Of a stretch of 64,000 nucleotides of DNA, positions 29,891 to 39,259 are shown piece by piece (the first letter of the stretch is position 1; each line of letters begins with the position of its first letter). Under the pieces are notes generated by a model, which ran no database searches, was not told the origin of the DNA, and saw only the letters and a program-made list of their open reading frames with translations. This DNA is from Nitrosopumilus sp. (GTDB taxonomy: Archaea; Thermoproteota; Nitrososphaeria; Nitrososphaerales; Nitrosopumilaceae): assembly GCA_965205675.1 (NCBI GenBank), contig OZ242186.1, positions 1,600,001 to 1,664,000 on the forward strand, given 5' to 3'. The position numbers and the translations under genes are program-made.

Positions 29891-30565
29891 TCAGTCACAA
29901 TAAAACTGTTTTTCTTTTTCAAAAGCAAAAATCAGTGTTTTGTCTTGGGTAATTAATCTGACACCCTCAATAGTCAAAGCCTTTTGAAGTAATATGGAAT
30001 CCGTTTCTGAAAGAGGCGTTCCTTTGCCATTAACATATTTTTTAGATTCATATAGTTCCTTGGCACGTAACATTTCTTCGGATGCATAATCTATTGTGAC
30101 ATGAGTAACATTTGCAATCTTTTCTAATTTATCGCTTATTTCATTTGCATCTAATCTGCGATTAAACTTGTCTGATTCCATATGTTTTGTCTCAATCAAT
30201 ATTCTATCCAATATGACTAATTCTACATTATCATTTGGGTTAATTCCTGCAAGTTCATGTATTGACTTTCCATCGAGTAGTTGATGTATTATCATGGTAT
30301 CAAGTAAAAGTTTAGTGCTTTTTTTGACGTTTGTTTGATCAGTTTTGATAATAATTTTCGATAGACTATGATCTATAATCGCATGCGTTTTACCAAAAAT
30401 ATTTGCTTTGCCTCCTGTAGGTTCAGCTAAAAGATTGCCACAAAACTTGCAATTGATAATGCTTTTTGCCATGGTAAATACAACACTTGTCAAATTACAT
30501 GAATTGCACTCAATTTCTACAAATCTACTTTTTGGCTCTGGGATGAGAACATTGCTGCCTTTCAA
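29891..30565 (-). CDS. ribosomal protein eS27-like zinc ribbon fused to a PIN (VapC-like) RNase domain
   Basis: N-terminus IPEPKSRFVEIECNSC...VVF...CKFCGNLLAEPTGGKANIFG; C-terminus LLLDT, ILIET, LSETDSILL, LITQD. Confidence 0.85.
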   Translation of the reverse strand: MKGSNVLIPEPKSRFVEIECNSCNLTSVVFTMAKSIINCKFCGNLLAEPTGGKANIFGKTHAIIDHSLSKIIIKTDQTNVKKSTKLLLDTMIIHQLLDGKSIHELAGINPNDNVELVILDRILIETKHMESDKFNRRLDANEISDKLEKIANVTHVTIDYASEEMLRAKELYESKKYVNGKGTPLSETDSILLQKALTIEGVRLITQDKTLIFAFEKEKQFYCD

Positions 30566-30623
30566 CTATTGACAATTAATCTTCTAAAATAATATGTTTT
30601 TGATTGAATTAGTATTATAACAA

Positions 30624-30752
30624 TCAAACATTTACACGAATCTGACCAGTAAGCAATTTCTGCATCAGATCCTTCTTTAGAATTTCTAATTTTTCCTTGT
30701 ATTCTTGATTCTTTTGGATATATACGTCAACTCCCGACAGGATTGACGCAAT
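30624..30752 (-). pseudogene. hsdS: C-terminal remnant of Type I R-M specificity subunit
   Basis: Manual translation IASILSGVDVYIQKNQEYKEKLEILKKDLMQKLLTGQIRVNV*, the conserved HsdS terminal helix. Confidence 0.85.
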
Positions 30753-30835
30753 AATTAGCATTCAAATATTTTGGTTCGTAATTTTATACGTAAAATTGGC
30801 AATATTTTTAATATTTTTTGCAAGAATGAACGATT

Positions 30836-31042
30836 ATGAGTTCAACAATACAGAAAAAAACATACACAGTTGTAATAGCTAAGGATGATGAGGATGGCGG
30901 ATTTGTTGGCAGATGTGATGAATTACACGCAAATTCACAGGGTGAGACATATGATGAAATTATGGAAAACATGAAGGAGGCCATAGAGTTAGCAGGAGAA
31001 GACAAACATAGTGAATTCAATCCACTTGTCATCCAAAAGTAA
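30836..31042 (+). CDS. hicB: short HicB-family antitoxin (no DNA-binding domain)
   Basis: YTVVI...DGGFVGRCDEL.ANSQGETYDE..ENMKEAIEL. Confidence 0.88.
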   Translation: MSSTIQKKTYTVVIAKDDEDGGFVGRCDELHANSQGETYDEIMENMKEAIELAGEDKHSEFNPLVIQK

Positions 31043-31275
31043 TGTCAAAAATTCCCAAAGTCACGGGTAATGTCATGATTAAATATTTGATCAAAAAAGG
31101 ATTTGTAATAACGCATAGAAAAGGAAGTCATGCAAGGCCAAGTACCAGTGATCTTTTTACAACTATTCTCGCAGGCAACTGCATCTTAAAGACCGGTACG
31201 ATGTTGACAATATACGACATAGGCATGACACGGAATGATTTTGTTACCGAGTATGACAGAGGAAATGTAAACTAA
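31042..31275 (+). CDS. hicA: HicA-family mRNA interferase, possibly decayed
   Basis: IKYLIKKGF..HRKGSH...LKTGTMLTI; coupled to the hicB stop. Confidence 0.75.
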   Translation: MSKIPKVTGNVMIKYLIKKGFVITHRKGSHARPSTSDLFTTILAGNCILKTGTMLTIYDIGMTRNDFVTEYDRGNVN

Positions 31276-31323
31276 CGTATTATAAAATGCTGTAATCGTA
31301 AAAATCAAAATAATCCAGTTTAG

Positions 31324-31718
31324 TATACCCCAGATCATAAGTCTTTTCAATTTATTGTTCTTGCAAAATACTGATACATATTCAAATTAAATTTGTGCGT
31401 TCTAAAATATTCCATAACTGTATACCTCATCTCATGAATAGATTCATAAAATTCTGATTCAACATTAACATGTTTGCACTGTCTCCAAATCTCTTCAATC
31501 ATACTCAAATGCAGGTTGGCAGTTTCAGCAATTGTGGATTCGTTGATCTTAATTATACACATTGCATGCAGTCTTTCCTTTTTCTTACCGTATTTTTCTT
31601 TTTTGTAGGCCTGGAGTAATTCGTCATTTGTGATGTCCATGAAATTATTTCTAACTACTGATCAAAAAGTATTGCTATTTGTTTTGAAAAATTGCAAAGA
31701 ATTATGCTCCGAGGTATA
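31324..31718 (-). mobile_element. 395-bp internally deleted IS630 type A
   Basis: Both ends match 21112-22205; in-frame N/C-terminal fusion ORF 31347-31640. Confidence 0.92.
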
Positions 31719-31889
31719 AACACATGTGCAAAAATAAACATTCTACAACTTTGTCTTTTCGCTACAAGTGATGCAAAAAGAAGTATTGCTGGGTTAGCAG
31801 TACTTGCACATCTTTTTGAAAAATGTAAGGTATTTGAAAAAGAGTATGAGATAATATTTGACAGAGAAAAATTTCTAGTTCAAATAACA

Positions 31890-32035
31890 GACCTCTTGTG
31901 TAATTGCAGATAAAACCTCTTCTTTCATTGAATTTAATTTCAAATAATTTCTGAGATTATGGAATCACAACAAACTCTTGTTTCTGTCTTGTCTAAGTTG
32001 ACAATTCCGCATACGATATCACTTATTCCATCATA
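31890..32035 (-). mobile_element. diverged right end of an IS5 element
   Basis: GACCTCTTGTGTAATTG...TTATGGAATCACAACAAACTCTTG, similar to 55203-55350. Confidence 0.8.
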
Positions 32036-32102
32036 CTATATTTAATATGAAACTAATTTTATCCCCAAAAACAGTTCAAGCCTTTACGGATTCATCATGT
32101 AA

Positions 32103-33458
32103 TTACTTTAGTTGTTGCATTATTTTTGGATGGCATAACATAGAACTATGTGCTGCAGAATCTGTACCTATTCCATAACTAATTGTTGAATCTCCCACAA
32201 AATACAATCCTTTGATTTTTTTTACTTCATGTGGCATTTTTTGTTTCCACACTAATCCTGGCTCTTTGACTACTGCCTCCACAAGTTTCCATGCCATTGG
32301 TCGCTCCCATAACAAAGATTTCTCAAAATCTGGATAAATTTCTGAAATCTCTTTTTTCATTTGTTGACTGATCTCTTTAATTTTTTCAGGATTTTCTGTG
32401 TATTCTGCAGGTACAGGTGTTCCTGCCATTAGGAGATGTTCACTTTGTGGTGATACTTTGGATGTGATATTTGATATGAAAAAAATTCCTTTAGATGTGT
32501 AATTTCCAATTGGAAATACCACTTGTCTTGAATCAATTTTTTTAGATGTACAAAAATGAGTTTCAATAACAGAAGTAGTTTTGTTTAACTTTTCAACTTT
32601 GATTTTAAATTCTTTATCAAATACATCTTCATCAAACAATTCTTTTACCGCAATGTATGCAGGATATGAAACTACAACACTATTAGTTTCAATAAATTTA
32701 TCATTGTTATCTATGATTCCTACCACTCTGTTATTTTTGACAGATATTTTTTTGATTGTAGAATTTAGTCTTAATTCATTTCCATTTTCTTGTACATATT
32801 TTGCAAGAATTTCTGAAATTTTGTCATATCCTCCCTCATCTGGATATGCAAACTCGCTTGTACCTCCTTTGAATGGATTTGCTCTGATCATCGTTCTCAT
32901 AAATTCTCCTAAAGATATTCGTTCAGGTATATCTGCAAATGCTAGCATACATACTGCATCAAAAAATGACTTTGTACTGTGATCTAATTTCTCTGTAATC
33001 TCTGTTAATTTCATATTGTCATGTTCTTCAGCTTTTTTCATTGATGAAAATGCCATTGGAAATAATATTTGCAATAATTTTATTCTGCTACTGATTGGTA
33101 TGATTGCTAGTTTGAGTATGTCAATGATGCCTCTTGGATATTTGAAGAATTTTTTATTTTGAAAAAATACAATATCATCTACTAAAGCTAATTTTAGCCT
33201 CGAAACAATTCCAATTTTTTTAAAAACTTGATACACTGCGGATGTCTTGTAAAATGGCATGATGTGAAATCCGTTGTCGAGAATGTGATTTCGAAATTTC
33301 ATACTTGTGGTTCTGCCTCCTACTTTGGATGATTTTTCAAAAATTTGGACTGAAATGTTCTCATTTGTTAGTAATGCGGCTGTTGATAGACCACTTATTC
33401 CTGCACCTATGATTATTACTTTTTTCTTTACACTAACATCAGTTGATTGTTGAGACAT
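32103..33458 (-). CDS. FAD-dependent oxidoreductase (phytoene desaturase-like)
   Basis: IIGAGISGL, EKSSKVGGR, LDNGFH, GLYFVGD. Confidence 0.85.
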   Translation of the reverse strand: MSQQSTDVSVKKKVIIIGAGISGLSTAALLTNENISVQIFEKSSKVGGRTTSMKFRNHILDNGFHIMPFYKTSAVYQVFKKIGIVSRLKLALVDDIVFFQNKKFFKYPRGIIDILKLAIIPISSRIKLLQILFPMAFSSMKKAEEHDNMKLTEITEKLDHSTKSFFDAVCMLAFADIPERISLGEFMRTMIRANPFKGGTSEFAYPDEGGYDKISEILAKYVQENGNELRLNSTIKKISVKNNRVVGIIDNNDKFIETNSVVVSYPAYIAVKELFDEDVFDKEFKIKVEKLNKTTSVIETHFCTSKKIDSRQVVFPIGNYTSKGIFFISNITSKVSPQSEHLLMAGTPVPAEYTENPEKIKEISQQMKKEISEIYPDFEKSLLWERPMAWKLVEAVVKEPGLVWKQKMPHEVKKIKGLYFVGDSTISYGIGTDSAAHSSMLCHPKIMQQLK

Positions 33459-34140
33459 TTTGTTTTATTCTCCTCTGCTTTCTAATTACCCATAATGCTG
33501 ACATGATAGGAATTGATGCTAAAATAAAAAATAAAATTCCGATTGAAGTATAATCATTTACAAATAATTTTGTATCAAGCCATGCCTTTGGTAGTATGGT
33601 AAAAAAATCTCCACCTGAAAAATCTTCAATTGTGCCTATTGCTAAACTATATTTTCCACTTTGATTATTTTCATCCATCACCACTACGAAATATTCTCCA
33701 TCAAGAACAATGTCTGTTCTAACTTCTTGTCTTTCCCAATAAGTTACCTGGCCAAATGGTTCATAAAATTCTCTACTGGGAAATTCTCCCAGATATGAAA
33801 ATTTTTCAGTACCCAATTCAGTTTCAAATGGAACAAGATCATTTCCAAAAATCCCTTTTCCTACAAGAACTAATGTTGGAGAATATTCTTCTAATCCATC
33901 AAGTTTTGGCACAACAATACTTGCATAAAATGAATCACCGTGTTTTGCATTAAATGAATAATATTTTGCTTCATTTGTACCCAAATTTTCGTAAATTGCC
34001 CATGAAATCTTGTGATCAGGAATTTTCAATGCAGAATCAAAACTCCTATGTAAATCATCATGACTGATCAATTTGTGTGCATATGCTGGGCTCACTGAAA
34101 TAATACTAATCAAAACAAATACAAGCATAATTTTTTTCAT
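33439..34140 (-). CDS. secreted, C-terminally anchored hypothetical protein
   Basis: Signal peptide PAYAH, FYEPFGQ, C-terminal TM helix. Confidence 0.75.
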   Translation of the reverse strand: MKKIMLVFVLISIISVSPAYAHKLISHDDLHRSFDSALKIPDHKISWAIYENLGTNEAKYYSFNAKHGDSFYASIVVPKLDGLEEYSPTLVLVGKGIFGNDLVPFETELGTEKFSYLGEFPSREFYEPFGQVTYWERQEVRTDIVLDGEYFVVVMDENNQSGKYSLAIGTIEDFSGGDFFTILPKAWLDTKLFVNDYTSIGILFFILASIPIMSALWVIRKQRRIKQNVSTIN

Positions 34141-34279
34141 ATTACTTTTTTGGAATTAGTATTTTAACAAAAATAATTATTTTTTTCTAGTGCTAACCAA
34201 TCATTTACTTTCGCCTCGAGTTAGCATCATGAAAAATTAGTAGAGATAGTTATAAGAGACGAAAATTTGAATTTGTTAC

Positions 34280-36129
34280 TTGACTAAAATTCCTAAAATC
34301 AAAATTACAATTCCTTTAATGGTTCTAACAAGTATTTTTACAATTAGTTTGCTTTCTTACTATCCATCTGATGTTGGTGCTGAATATGGTGAATTTTCTA
34401 TTCCAGAAATTTCAGGAACTATTACTATTGCTGAAACATCTGATGATTATTCTGATGATGCAAAAATTGTACTCAGTGTAGCAATGGCAGTTGCAGAAAA
34501 TTCCGTTGAAAATGGAAAAGCAATGTGGGGAAAACTTGATGTTATAGTTAAGGCATTAAATATTTGAACACTTTAACAACTCGAACCGCTCCATTATCTA
34601 GTCTCTTCTGCATGTGTTTTCTCATTTCAGTTCCATTTGCAAAGAATGTATTGGCATTACCATTTTTCTCTTCTCTCCACTGTATCTCAATTGGATTGAG
34701 TTCTGGAGTGTATGCAGGAAAATATCTAATTATTACTTTATTTTTTGGTGCTTTGAGAAATTCTTTTACTCGGACACTTTTGTGGTATGATGCATTATCT
34801 GCAAACAGTAACAATTTCTTACCAAATTGTTTTTGCAGTGATTCTAAAAAATCAAGAAATGAGTCTGTGTTTGATTTATCATAGAACCTGCAAAAAAATA
34901 CACCGTTATTGCCCAATGCACCAAATGATTGAAATTTTTCTCGAGTGTAATTAATTGGTGTGGTAATGTTATTGCCTGCAAGATACCATCCGCGCTTTAT
35001 GTTGGGTGCTACTTTATTTGTTGACTCGTCCAGACATAGTGTGGTGTATCCCAATTTGGAATATTTTTTGATACTCCTTTTTGCGTTTTTTTAAAACGGG
35101 TTTGTTCCTCTTTTGAGGCTGATTTGTGATGAGTCTGTCTTGGTTTTTTAGATGAGAATCCGATTCTGTGCAGCAATTCACGCATTCCTCTTGCAGAGTA
35201 TAGCGTGTTGTATTTTTTATTCACATGTGTAATTACCATTCTTGTACTCCACATGAATTGATTGAATCCAAACTTTTCTGGACCTGAAATTAGATCATCT
35301 CTTAATGACACTAGTTGTTTTTTATTTAAGAAACATCTAGAGCCAGAATATTCCTTACGGTGTGATGCAGTTATTCCCTCTTTATCCATTCGATTTAGCC
35401 AGTAGGACAGAGTTGATGGTATGACATCCAAACTGGCACATATCACAGAATACGGAATATCTTGTTTTCTTAGTATTGCAGCCTTTAATCTTATCTTCGC
35501 TTTTGCATTTTTTTCATTCTTGCATGTTTTTCTTAAAAAATTAATGCTTGTTCCTTTCATGAAATGGCTTCCTGAAGATACCATTAATGCTTTAGTTTGT
35601 TTTGACATGATTCTGTAAGTATAAACTATGATCTAGATCTTTTGGGTTAAAATAGTTGATAATTCGTTCAAAATTTATATGCCTAAACTATACTCAAGGA
35701 TTTCTAGCTTACAAGATTGGGGTTTTGGCAAATGATGATATTTTTCATAAAGTTATAGTTGATGCTGGAAATGGAGAAGCGTTGTATGTTTCAGAAGGAG
35801 TTTCAAAAGATAACTGGAAACATTCCAAACACTCTGATAGTAAATCTCATAAAAAATGGAAAGATCATTATGCTGATTTAACTCCTCAAGAAAGAGAAAT
35901 TAAAAAACAACAATGGAGTGAAGTAAAAGATGCTTTCTTTGCATTATCTATTGATGAGAGAGCAAAGATGATAATGCATTTCATGTCTATGAAAATCCAA
36001 TTTGAACCAATGTCTGATCAAGAAAGAGCTGATAAAAAATTACAAATGAAATCAATGATGAATGAATTATTACCTCTATCTGTTGAAGAAAAAACTCTAA
36101 AACTACGTGAATTTGTAAATTCACTTTAA
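34280..36129 (+). pseudogene. PepSY-domain secreted protein split by IS630
   Basis: Removing the IS and one TA restores ...WGKLDVTQGFLAYKIGV...VIVDAGNGEAL in frame. Confidence 0.85.
34543..35692 (-). mobile_element. IS630-family element (type B), two ORFs joined by a probable programmed frameshift; apparently intact
   Basis: TIR TATAGTT(A/T)AGGCAT, TA duplication; HTH ORF 35009-35608 and DDE ORF 34548-35054 (LDES, DNASYH, PELNPIE); TTTAAAAAAA slippery site. Confidence 0.93.
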
Positions 36130-36150
36130 TTTCCCATAATCCAAGTCCAC

Positions 36151-36240
36151 TTTCATCCCCAAAATGATGACTAAATCCCCGTGGGCTCATTTTTGTACTC
36201 AAAAAGTGGCTGAATCCTAATGGATTCCATTTTAGCCTCA
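36151..36240. repeat. tandem ~40-bp REP-like palindromic repeats between convergent genes
   Basis: GAATCC-TAAT-GGATTC core plus a degenerate copy; related units near 32058-32097 and 37141-37190. Confidence 0.5.
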
Positions 36241-36277
36241 AAAATAGTAAGATATTGATTTTCAATTAAAAATTAGT

Positions 36278-37084
36278 TTATTCCAATAAATTTACGATTG
36301 TAATTTCTGGTGGATTAAAAAATCTTGGTGCGGGAGTTAGACCACATGTTGTATAGACATCAGCATCATTTACAATGTAATGTTTATAATCATAATCTCC
36401 TTCAAATCCTATAATTTTTGGTATAGATCCGACATATGGAAGTCTGACTTGTCCACAATGAGTATGTCCAAACAAGTACACATCTGCTGTTTCTTTACTA
36501 ATTTCTAAATTATTTTGATTATGTGTAAATAAAATTTTAAATTCGTCTGAAGTGTTTTCAAAAGCTTTGTCTAAATCTCTTAAACCTGCCCAGTAAGAAT
36601 CAAGACCAATTATTACAACATCATTAATTACAACATTTTCATTTCTAAGAATTTCTATTGGACCATTGGATTCAAGATATTCTATTACTGTTTCTGCTGT
36701 GAGAAAATTGGCATTATTAAGATTAAGAGAATATACATTATAATCATGATTTCCTAAAACCCCATATACTCCACTTTTTGTTTCTAAACTTCCTAATGGA
36801 TCTAGCGAAGGTAATTCATCTATACCTTTATCAATAAAATCCCCTGCAATAATTACTACATCAAGATCTTGTGCATTTAGTATGTTTACAACACGTTGAA
36901 CAAATGCAGGATCAGAATTTTGTCTTTGAAAATCAGAAATAAAACCAATCTTCATTTTAGTTCCAGTATCTAAAATATCTATCTCATTAACTTCAATCAT
37001 GTTAGGTTCAATTACAAATGCATCTAATCCTGATATTACAATAATTCCAACAAATACGCTGACAAAAATTCTCTTTTTCGTCAA
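36278..37084 (-). CDS. calcineurin-like metallophosphoesterase (YkuE-like), membrane-anchored
   Basis: ISD, AGDFID, LGNHD, GHTHCGQ. Confidence 0.9.
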   Translation of the reverse strand: MTKKRIFVSVFVGIIVISGLDAFVIEPNMIEVNEIDILDTGTKMKIGFISDFQRQNSDPAFVQRVVNILNAQDLDVVIIAGDFIDKGIDELPSLDPLGSLETKSGVYGVLGNHDYNVYSLNLNNANFLTAETVIEYLESNGPIEILRNENVVINDVVIIGLDSYWAGLRDLDKAFENTSDEFKILFTHNQNNLEISKETADVYLFGHTHCGQVRLPYVGSIPKIIGFEGDYDYKHYIVNDADVYTTCGLTPAPRFFNPPEITIVNLLE

Positions 37085-37397
37085 GGAATTTCTTCTAATT
37101 TTGTTGTTTAAAATGCATTTCTATGCCTATCTGCGTACTTTTTATCTCCAATTTAGTAGATGAATTCCCATGGAGTTCCATTTTAACTCTAATTTGGGTA
37201 CTGGTAAATTTATCTGATGTTAAAAATATTGTAGAGCAACAAGAGATAATCTCTGTACAAAACAATTCGACTATATTTACAATACTACCTACAAAATCTT
37301 AATTTTTTGCTTATTTTTGTTCAGAAATGTTCTAGTTTTCATAAAGTTAAACTAAAGATGAGAAATCTTTATCAGAGATAATCTTTGATTTGAAAAT

Positions 37398-38024
37398 GTG
37401 TCCAAGAAAGAATTTGACGATTTCAAAGAGCATTTCCCAGGATGGGATGATTACTATAAAGAAACAGATGTTGAGACAATGCCTTGGTATGAGAAAAATT
37501 TAGACCATGATGTGGAAAATGAAATTAAATATAATGATTACAATACTGGAAATTTTTTGGATCTGGGTACAGGTCCAGGAACACAAGCATTAGAATTATC
37601 AAAATATGACTTTAAAGTAACTGGAACAGATATTTCTCAAAGTGCAATCGAAAAAGCTGAAAAATTATCAAAAAAAATTAATTTTTTAGTAGATGATATT
37701 TTAAATTCTAAGCTTCCTGATAAAAAATTTGATTTTATTTTAGATAGAGGAATTTTTCATAACTTTGATGTTTCGCATAGACCTCAATACCTAAAACAAA
37801 TTAAGCGAATTTTAAATAATAATGGAATTTTATTTCTAAAATGTATGAGTGTAAACGAGAAAAATATAACAGATAATGATATGCCACATAAATTATCCAA
37901 TCAGGAGATAATTGATTCTTTTAATGATGATTTTGATATTTTAAAAATTAAAGATAGTGAGTTTCGTGGTACTCTTGAATTTCATCCCAAAGCTTTGTTT
38001 GCAGTTTTAAAGAAAAAATTATGA
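37398..38024 (+). CDS. class I SAM-dependent methyltransferase
   Basis: LDLGTGPG, FDFILDRGIFH. Confidence 0.9.
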   Translation: MSKKEFDDFKEHFPGWDDYYKETDVETMPWYEKNLDHDVENEIKYNDYNTGNFLDLGTGPGTQALELSKYDFKVTGTDISQSAIEKAEKLSKKINFLVDDILNSKLPDKKFDFILDRGIFHNFDVSHRPQYLKQIKRILNNNGILFLKCMSVNEKNITDNDMPHKLSNQEIIDSFNDDFDILKIKDSEFRGTLEFHPKALFAVLKKKL

Positions 38025-38482
38025 TTGATAATGTATTAGTCAGACCAGCTTCTAACAAAGACATTCCTATGCTTCTTGGATTACTATATGATCTTGGACG
38101 TCCAAAACCTCAAAAAGATTCTGATGTTGAGTTGTTTCGTACATTATTTACAAAATATATTCAAGATTCTGATAAAACAGTTCTTGTTGCAGAACTTGAT
38201 GATGTGAAAATTGTTGGCATGGTAAGTATCATGTTTTTATCAAGATTAAATCAATCTACTTTGGAAATGTATATTCCAGAATTAGTTATTCTTGAAAAAT
38301 ATCAAAATCATGGAATGGGTAAAAAATTGGTCAATTCTTGTATAATTCTTGCAAAAGAGAAAAAATGTCATAGAATCCGATTGGAATCTGGAAATCAGAG
38401 AAAAGACTCTCATCAATTCTACAAACGTTTAGGGTTTGATCAACATGCACTTTCATTTACTAAAACAGATCTAGTTCTGTGA
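38021..38482 (+). CDS. GNAT acetyltransferase
   Basis: YQNHGMGKKL, HQFYKRLGF. Confidence 0.9.
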   Translation: MIDNVLVRPASNKDIPMLLGLLYDLGRPKPQKDSDVELFRTLFTKYIQDSDKTVLVAELDDVKIVGMVSIMFLSRLNQSTLEMYIPELVILEKYQNHGMGKKLVNSCIILAKEKKCHRIRLESGNQRKDSHQFYKRLGFDQHALSFTKTDLVL

Positions 38483-38513
38483 TCTCTTTTATACCTAAAA
38501 TGATTGTTCATAT

Positions 38514-38668
38514 TAGACGTCTTGCGTAATTAGACGGATTTGACATGATTGCACAAATTCATTCATAATAAGATCCAAAGCTGGACAGAGCTACTCCATT
38601 TTATGTTCTCATCAGACAACTCCCCAAAAAATCAAAAGCATTTCTCTCATACACAGGAGTCACTAGGT
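38514..38668 (+). mobile_element. left-end remnant of a diverged IS5 element
   Basis: TAGACGTCTTGCGTAATTAGAC...AGATCCAAAGCT...ACAGGAGTCACTAGG, similar to 15484-15640. Confidence 0.75.
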
Positions 38669-38719
38669 TTAGTGATTCGTAACATCAAAAAAGAGCAGGA
38701 TTGATGACTTGAAAGATTA

Positions 38720-38790
38720 AAAAAAATCTGTACTTATTGTGCAAGTGGATATAGAGGAAACATTGCAGCTAATGAGTTAAACAAGGATGC
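38720..38790 (+). pseudogene. rhodanese-domain fragment
   Basis: KICTYCASGYRGNIAANELNK (CxxGxR loop). Confidence 0.55.
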
Positions 38791-39143
38791 TCCCTTCGAT
38801 TGGATTTAATTTTATTGTTTGAAAAATTAATTTTAGATGTCTTGTATAGTTGCAATAAAGAGGAAAACTAAAAATTGAGATTTAATCATTCCAAGATATT
38901 TCTATAGAGATTTACAATGGGTTTAATCCTGAAAACTTGGAATCTTTGGAAAGCAGAACATGACCTCTTTCATGCAACTAGGAGATTGCATAGTTTGGCT
39001 GTGAAAAAAGATGTTGAGGTCTCATAGATGTTATACTGTCTGGTTATCTGAAAAGGCAGAGATTAGGCGTAAAAGTCATAAATCTATCAAATGAAAAAAG
39101 CGAAACTATGAGATTAAATATGCGTTCAAGGCATTTTTTATGA

Positions 39144-39217
39144 GGGTCTATGGCGCAGCCAGGTAGCGCACCGGACTTTTAATCCGGTTGTCAAGGGTCC
39201 GAATCCCTTTAGACCCG
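39144..39217 (+). tRNA. tRNA-Lys(TTT)
   Basis: GGGTCTA/TAGACCC stem; CCGGA-CTTTTAA-TCCGG anticodon arm; T-loop reads TCCGAAT. Confidence 0.93.
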
Positions 39218-39259
39218 CTCTCTTTTAGTGATAAAAATAAACTCAGCTGTATCTAATTA

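Noticed and set aside
30725-30748. GC-rich hairpin CGTCAA-C-TCC-CGACA-GGA-TTGACG, resembling an IS200/IS605 end or operator
   Set aside because: It lies inside the hsdS remnant coding frame (ASILSGVD); no tnpA/tnpB nearby.
31692-31913. 73-aa ORF
   Set aside because: Start and end are IS-derived; the middle is an unidentifiable fragment.
36151-37190. Possible CRISPR array from the ~40-bp repeats
   Set aside because: Repeats are degenerate, lack unique spacers and have no cas genes; treated as REP-like instead.
38962-39021. GACCTC...GAGGTC short inverted repeat
   Set aside because: Only a 6-bp match to IS5 ends, without the rest of the TIR.
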